A DNA stretch of 64,000 nt from Chrysomallon squamiferum (Eukaryota; Animalia; Mollusca), in NCBI GenBank assembly GCA_012295275.1, contig CM022677.1, positions 10,850,001 to 10,914,000 on the forward strand. The letters are read 5' to 3'. Shown one piece after another: positions 55,444-64,000 of the stretch. Numbering within the stretch: position 1 is the first letter of the stretch; each line of letters begins with the position of its first letter. The notes under the pieces are model-generated. The model saw only the letters and a program-made list of their open reading frames with translations, was not told where the DNA came from and did not search any database. The translations under genes and the position numbers were made by a program.

Positions 55444-55570
55444 GGGTGGATGGATGGTAGATGATAACAGACAGGTAAATTGATAGACAGAAGAAAGGTA
55501 GATCGATTACTAGAAAGATAGATAGATGCAAGGAGGCATGAGTATATACCTGTACATCTGTAAGAACGAC
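54490..55570 (+). repeat. Segmental duplication unit A, copy 3 (internally deleted), with ETS+YY1 module at 54790-54814
   Basis: 54500-54615 matches 6650-6765; 54663-54945 matches 7133-7425 (ACTTCCGGTCCAAATCCAAGATGGCAAC); 55060-55112 matches ~7520-7580; 55325-55575 matches 9265-9495. Confidence 0.88.
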
Positions 55571-55804
55571 TGACTCTGTTGCTTATGTATATGGCATAAA
55601 TAGATAGACAAATAGATATATTTATAAATAGCTAGAAAGAGTGTAATTAAATAATTAAAAATGATGTAAATAGTGAGATATATACGTACGTGTGTGTGTG
55701 TGTGGTTTTGTGTTTGTGTGTGTGTGCATGTGTGTGTGTGTGTCTGTGTGTGTGTTTGTGTGTGTGTGTGTGTGGTTTTGTGTTTGTGTGTTTGTGTGTG
55801 TGTG

Positions 55805-55870
<66 letters not shown>

Positions 55871-55886
55871 TTTCTAGGACATGGAC

Positions 55887-58110
<2,224 letters not shown>

Positions 58111-58195
58111 GATTATAATAATAACGGAGCGCACCTTTTGCACGTGTTGAAACATTTCTCCCGACCAGCGGGGAAAGTGTCACAGAGCTTTTTCA

Positions 58196-58268
<73 letters not shown>

Positions 58269-58528
58269 GACAAAACTTGGTGAAAACTTCAAACGTAAAT
58301 CAGAGTTTGTTTTAAAGTGAAATCTATTTTGTAACTTTGCAAGGTTAAATGATAAAGTAATTCATAATAAAAAAAAATAAAAATAAAGAAAGTAAACAAC
58401 ATAACTAAATTAATTACCTTACAATAAACAAATAACTGATTTTCAGTTTATTTATCAGAAAGAAATGTCTGTGGACTTTCAACTTCAAAACCGTTAAAGT
58501 GAAACTAATTAAGCAGACAGATTGAAGT

Positions 58529-59125
58529 TTACTTTTTACACCATGTAAATATTTTTATTTTATTGTTCGTTTCCACGTACAATTTGTTGTCAACACAACA
58601 GACAGAGCAAGGTTTGGACAGTCCATCCTGGCGTGTGAGGACGTCACGTGTAATGTTACCATCTCGTGACAAGTGAACAACACAATTTCTATCAAAATCA
58701 CAAACAAAAATATTTCCCTCCCTGTCACATGTAACACCTGTCAAGTCTCTCAGTTTGTCTGAATCACGTGACTCCCATTTGACGTCACCTGATGACGTCA
58801 CACAAACTAAACTGTTATCATCTGACACAACAATCAAACATTGATCGTGAACTGTGAGAAATGACGGACTGGGGATCAAATCTGTTGAGATGGAATTAAT
58901 GAACTGACCACTGTCTGTCAGTATGTCCAAGCACTGATTATTGCACTCAGTGACCGCGAGACGGTTCCAGGTAACACAGCGATAAACCAATACCCTTTAA
59001 CAGTGTTAACTGTTTTTACCAGTTTGAAGTTTTCCAAATTTAAAAACAATATTTTATGTTTACCTGGCACAACAACTACAACAACATCACCCCGCTGATC
59101 ACGTGATTCAGCAAGGCTAAAGTTG
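58529..59125 (-). pseudogene. NHL/six-bladed beta-propeller coding fragment (TRIM-NHL-like C-terminus), one frameshift, 5'-truncated
   Basis: Two overlapping ORFs join as DVVVVVVPGKHKILFLNLENFKLVKTVNTVKGYWFIAVLPG[N]RLAVTECNNQCLDILTDSGQFINSISTDLIPSPSFL...LTGVTCDREGNIFVCDFDRNCVVHLSRDG..DVLTRQDGLSKPCSVC if one A is restored at ~58966. GVTCDxxGNIFVCD is a canonical NHL repeat. Confidence 0.88.
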
Positions 59126-59127
59126 CG

Positions 59128-59430
59128 AGCACATATCACTAAAGACAGATAACTCTAATCGATATAATTTTTACTTTATTTAGTGAGTACATGTCACGTA
59201 AGGGAGATAACTAATCGATACAATTTTCACTTTGCTTAGTGAGTACATCTCACATAAGGGACATAACTCTAATCTATGTTTGTGAACACATATCACTAAA
59301 GGGAGATAAGTCTAATCGATATCATTTTTAATTTGTTTACTGAGTACATCTCATGTAAGGGACCTAACTCTAATCTATGTTTGTGAGCACATATCACTAA
59401 ACTGTAATCAATATAGCCTTTACTTCGCCG
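59128..59430 (+). repeat. Higher-order tandem repeat of ~57-bp and ~43-bp subunits sharing AGGGA(G/C)ATAACTCTAATC
   Basis: Subunit A ends ...GATATAATTTTTACTTT..TTAGTGAGTACATCTCACGTA and subunit B ends ...TATGTTTGTGAACACATATCACTAA. Order is approximately A-A-B-A-B-A'. Confidence 0.85.
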
Positions 59431-59896
59431 AGTAAACTCCTCCCACCTCTGGTGACACATCACGGGGTATGACCCATGTTATATATAAAGAAAGTGATGT
59501 TTCCACAATATTTCGTAGATGAATCTGGAATCGGATTCCATCGGATTCCAAAAGTACTGCTGAAGTCTCCAAAAACGCCGAGATTCAATCCCACGATCTC
59601 ACACATATGAACATGCTTACAAGAAACATTAAAGTTTGAACTTGGTTCAGTATCTTCACAAGCTGTGAGGGTGGGGTACTAGGGCAGGGGGGTAGGGGCC
59701 ATGCGTTTTTATTTCTTAAACTATTTTTTTTATTATTGTTCTGCTGTTACAATCTTCTATATTGAATAAAAAATGTCTTAATAATAGTTACCAGCGAATA
59801 TATTCACAAATAGAGTTATTTCCCTTTAATATGAAAACGAATACTTTCTTGGATGACGTTATCTCCCCTTTCTTATATTATAAAAGGATTTATCAG

Positions 59897-60960
59897 ATAA
59901 CTCTATATAGGAATATGTTCGTTTTAACCTGAATAATCAAGAGAAAAATGTAACAAAGGGGAGATAAATCTATATAGGAATATATTCGTTTTAACCTGAC
60001 TAATCAAGGAGAAAAAAAAAGGGGTAACAAAGGGGACATAACTCTATATAGGAATATATTCGTTTTAACCTGAATAATCAAGGAGAAAAAATGTAACAAA
60101 GGGGACATAACTCTATCCGAGAGGATATTCGTTTTGTTAAAGGGAGATAAATATATAGGAATAACTCTATATAGGAATATGTTCGTTTTAACCTGAATAA
60201 TCAAGGAGAAAAATCTAACAAAGGGGACATAACTCTATATAGGAATATGTTCGTTTTAACCTGAATAATCAAGAGAAAAATGTAACGAAGGGGAGATAAC
60301 TCTATATAGGAATATGTTCGTTTTAACCTGAATAATCAAGGAAAAATGTAACAAAGGGGAGATAACTCTATAGGTTATTCGTTTTCATGTTAAAGGGAGA
60401 TGTTCGTTTTAACCTGAATAATCAAGGAGAAAAATGTAACAAAGGGGACATAACTCTATATAGGAATATGTTCGTTTTAACCTGAATAATCAAGGAACAA
60501 AGGGGAGATAACTCTATATAGGAATATGTTCGTTTTAACCTGAATAATCAAGGAGAAAAATGTAACAAAGGGGAGATACCTCCATCCGAGAGGTTATTCG
60601 TTTTCAAAATCTATATAGGAATATGTTCGTTTTAACCTGAATAATCAAGAGAAAAATGTAACAAAGGGGAGATAAATCTATATAGGAATATGTTCGTTTT
60701 AACCTGAATAATCAAGGAGAAAAATGTAACAAAGGGGACATAACCTCTATCAGGAATATGTTCGTTTTAACCTGAATAATCAAGATGTTATTTTTTAACA
60801 TGTAAAAAGGGGAGATAAATCTATATAGGAATATGTTTTCATGTTTTAACCTTTAACCTGAATAATCAAGAGAAAATGTAACAAAGGGGACATAACTCTA
60901 TCCGAGAGGTTATTCTTTTTCATGTTAAAGGGAGAGAATATATCAATATATTCGCTTGTG
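59897..60960 (+). repeat. ~67-68-bp tandem (mini)satellite array, about 13 units with truncated and variant units
   Basis: Unit AAGGGGAGATAACTCTATATAGGAATATGTTCGTTTTAACCTGAATAATCAAGGAGAAAAATGTAACA. The TTTAACCTGA(A/C)TAATCAAG core was counted 13 times. A variant segment TCCGAGAGG(T/A)TATTC is interspersed. Confidence 0.95.
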
Positions 60961-61917
60961 ATTAATGTTCAGGTATATTTTCAACCAATGGAATCCAATA
61001 ATTTAATTGAATTTAATTAGTGGACACTGCTTAATCATTTGATAAGCATTTTAAATAATGAATGCTTTTTACATTAAAATTATAGATCAGATGGAAATAT
61101 TTATAGGATATTCTTTTTTTGTTATATTAATATATCAATATCTAAAAGGTAAATAACATCTGTTTTATATTAATAATAATAATTCAATGTTGAAAATATC
61201 TAATTTGTTGAAATCTAAAATTTACAAAAAGAAAATTTATATTTTGATATAACTCTGAACTTGAAATATGATAAGGATAGTGAGAACTTAAAAATACAAG
61301 AATTGTTTTCTACATTATGCTTTTGTCCGATGGTAAAAGGAGAAACAAATGAATATTTGTTATATTAAATATAATAAACAATAAAATATTTCTTAATAAT
61401 AGTTACCAGCGAATATATTCACAAATAGAGTTATTTTCCTTTAATATGAAAACGAATACTTTCTCGGATGGAGTTATCTCCCCTTTCTTACATTAAAAAA
61501 GGGTTTATCAGAATTACTTGATATGAAATCAGTTTGTGGAAATATGTGAATAGAAGATTCATCAAAGTTTGTGAAAATATTTAATGTAATAAAAAATGTA
61601 TTATTGATTCATTATGCCACTATTTGTTATTTTTCGTTTAAAATTATTATCAAAATTATCAAACAATTATTAATTTAATATATATTCTTAAAATTTAATT
61701 TCATATCATTTCTTTAGCACTTAACTAAATGAATTAAATGAAACAGAAATCTAAATTACAAAATACATCATTATTTTTATTTCCTTTTTCAAAATTTGTT
61801 TTGTTGTTGTTAATGTTGTTAACCATTATCATCGTTATATTCATTCCTATTAATGGACAACAGAGTTATTTCCCTTAGACTACTTTGTCTATGAAATTGA
61901 CTAATTATTATTATTAT

Positions 61918-61948
<31 letters not shown>

Positions 61949-62319
61949 CTATTTGTGCATTCTTAGTTTATTTCATATATTTAAAATGTTTCTTTACTAA
62001 AAACTTAATATTTATTCATTCATACTATTCAGAATAAAAATAAGAATTTAAATTTATTACGACATTCCATTTTGATACGTGAAAATTTGTATATATTATT
62101 TATTATAATTAGAGAAAGAGAGATTTGGGTTTCACTACGACTAAGATTGTACGTTTTCATGAAAATTTCATTTCACTGTAAAAATGTAGCATAAAAATTT
62201 CAATTACATATAAATACTGTTTTTCTGCCATTTCATACTGACACATTTAAATTTCACAGATATAATGATTTCTAGAGCGCGGAATGTAACATCAATTCAG
62301 GTGTTTAAAAGTGTAATTA

Positions 62320-62368
<49 letters not shown>

Positions 62369-62559
62369 TCTTTCTTTCATTTTTGTTTGTTTTTATTTTT
62401 GTTGTTGATATTATTGCTAACACTGTTATTTTTTTTACTGTGGTACATAATTATTACTATTTTTATTATTGTTATTATTGCTAATATTGGTGTTATAGCT
62501 GTTGCTTTTGCTGTTGGTTAATTTTGCTTTAGGCAGAATTGATAAGTTTGTGTGGAGAG

Positions 62560-62962
62560 AAGAAAGCGAGTTACAGAGAGAGTTAGAGAGAAAAAGACAG
62601 AGACAGAGAAAAACACATGGAGAGAGATACAGACAGACAGACAGACAGACAGAGAGAGAGAGAGAGAGACACAGACAGATGTCAGAAAGACAGAGAGAAA
62701 AAAAGTGAGTCAGAGACACATAGAGAGTCAGAGAGACAAAGAGAAAAGACAGTGAGAGAAAAGAGAGAGACAGACAGAGATAAAGAGAGAAAGAGACAGA
62801 TAGGGACTGAGACAGAGGGAGAAAGAGACAGAGAGAAAAAGAGACAGGGACATAGGGAGAGACAGAGAGAGATGGAGATAAAGAGATATAGCAGAGAGAA
62901 AAAAGAGATTCAGAACAGATAGAGACAGAGAGAGAAAGAGAGATTCAGAGAGAGACAGAGAC

Positions 62963-62994
<32 letters not shown>

Positions 62995-63055
62995 CAGAGA
63001 GATAGAGAGAGAGAGAGAAAGAAAGACAGAGAGAGAAAGAGAGACAGAGAGACAG

Positions 63056-63113
<58 letters not shown>

Positions 63114-63233
63114 AAAGAGAGAGACAGTGATAGAGGGAAAGAGAGACAGAGAGAGAGTCAGACAGAGAGAGATAGACACAGAGACTGAGAGAGAGAGAGA
63201 GAGAGAGACAGAGAGAGAGAAAGAGAGAGAGAC

Positions 63234-63282
<49 letters not shown>

Positions 63283-63287
63283 TAGAC

Positions 63288-63330
<43 letters not shown>

Positions 63331-63352
63331 AAGAGAGAGAGAGAGAAAGAGA
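62560..63352 (+). repeat. Long imperfect GA/GACA polypurine tract
   Basis: ~800 bp of almost pure G/A interrupted by C; inverted paralog of the shorter 9500-9700 CT tract. Confidence 0.95.
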
Positions 63353-63606
63353 CTAACCATTAAGAAAATACTAATCATTAACCAAATACTAACCTTTTAA
63401 CCAAATACTAACCATTACTAACATCCCCTACGTGTACTAAACCTCACCGTGGTGTATGTGTGGCAACATTTCCAAAGGGAATGGCTAATTAGTACATTAA
63501 TATAATAACATTATTTTGGTTAGATAGATAGACAGATAGATAGATTATGATAGATAAATAGAAATACCTACATACAGATATAGTTACTGAAGATAGATGA
63601 ACAGAT

Positions 63607-63735
63607 GGATACATAGGGTATTGCTACTTTTTCTAATTTTGAATACAGTGTCATTACTTTGAAAGCTCTTTCTATATACAGATAGACAGACAGGCCAACA
63701 GAGCATAGACAGAAGTGTATGTACTTAAGAATAAG
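63607..63735 (+). repeat. Direct paralog of ~31887-32015
   Basis: GGATACATAGGGTA(T/C)TGCTA...TTTGAATACAGTG..ATTA.TTTGAAAGC.CTTTCTATA...CAGAAGTGTATGTA is present in both places. Confidence 0.85.
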
Positions 63736-64000
63736 TTATGACATATTAAATATCTCCCTCTGGCTTTCTTTCTCTCTCACTCTCCAAATTACTCATCCTT
63801 ACTTACCTGCATGTTTCTATCTATCTATCTGTCTATCTATATATTTGTTTTATTTCATCATCAATTTCTCTGGCTATTTGTCTATCTATGTATCTGTCTG
63901 TTTGTTGATCAACCTGTGGTATAGCTTAATCTTATTACCTGTCTAGCTAACCATTCATTCATCACTATATCCATTTACCTATCTGTCTGTCTGTTTATAA

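Noticed and set aside
59897-60960. CRISPR-like array
   Set aside because: The units are head-to-tail repeats with no unique spacers, there are no cas-like ORFs, and the context is eukaryotic. It is a minisatellite.
62435-63378. SL/ER-rich ORFs, and similar ones at 38.6, 48.0, 51.4, 53.1 and 55.5-55.9 kb
   Set aside because: Stop-free frames produced by di- and trinucleotide microsatellites.

Overview
Strongly AT-rich, microsatellite-dense eukaryotic genomic DNA with spliceosomal introns. The NHL-domain style and the AGGGAGATAACTCT repeat family suggest a mollusc, probably a gastropod (inference). I find no intact protein-coding gene; almost every entry in the ORF track is a microsatellite artefact. 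The window is a mosaic of internal segmental duplications, both direct and inverted. It carries decayed genes on the minus strand: a 10-exon RI-type LRR gene with a probable C-terminal RRM (23.0-28.7 kb), a TRIM/NHL beta-propeller fragment (58.5-59.1 kb, with a second remnant at 15.7 kb), a Hedgehog-type Hint C-terminal fragment (43.5-43.8 kb) and a possible death-fold exon. An ETS+YY1 promoter/first-exon module occurs in three copies. Transposon remnants are a FLYWCH/MULE fragment, an RNase H-bearing LINE with its RT deleted, an L2-type LINE 3' end, a Tigger/pogo MITE, and a molluscan repeat element that has spawned a ~67-bp tandem array inside inverted repeats. I see no convincing novel functional system and no CRISPR array. 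All domain calls come from manual translation and motif recognition, not database searches.
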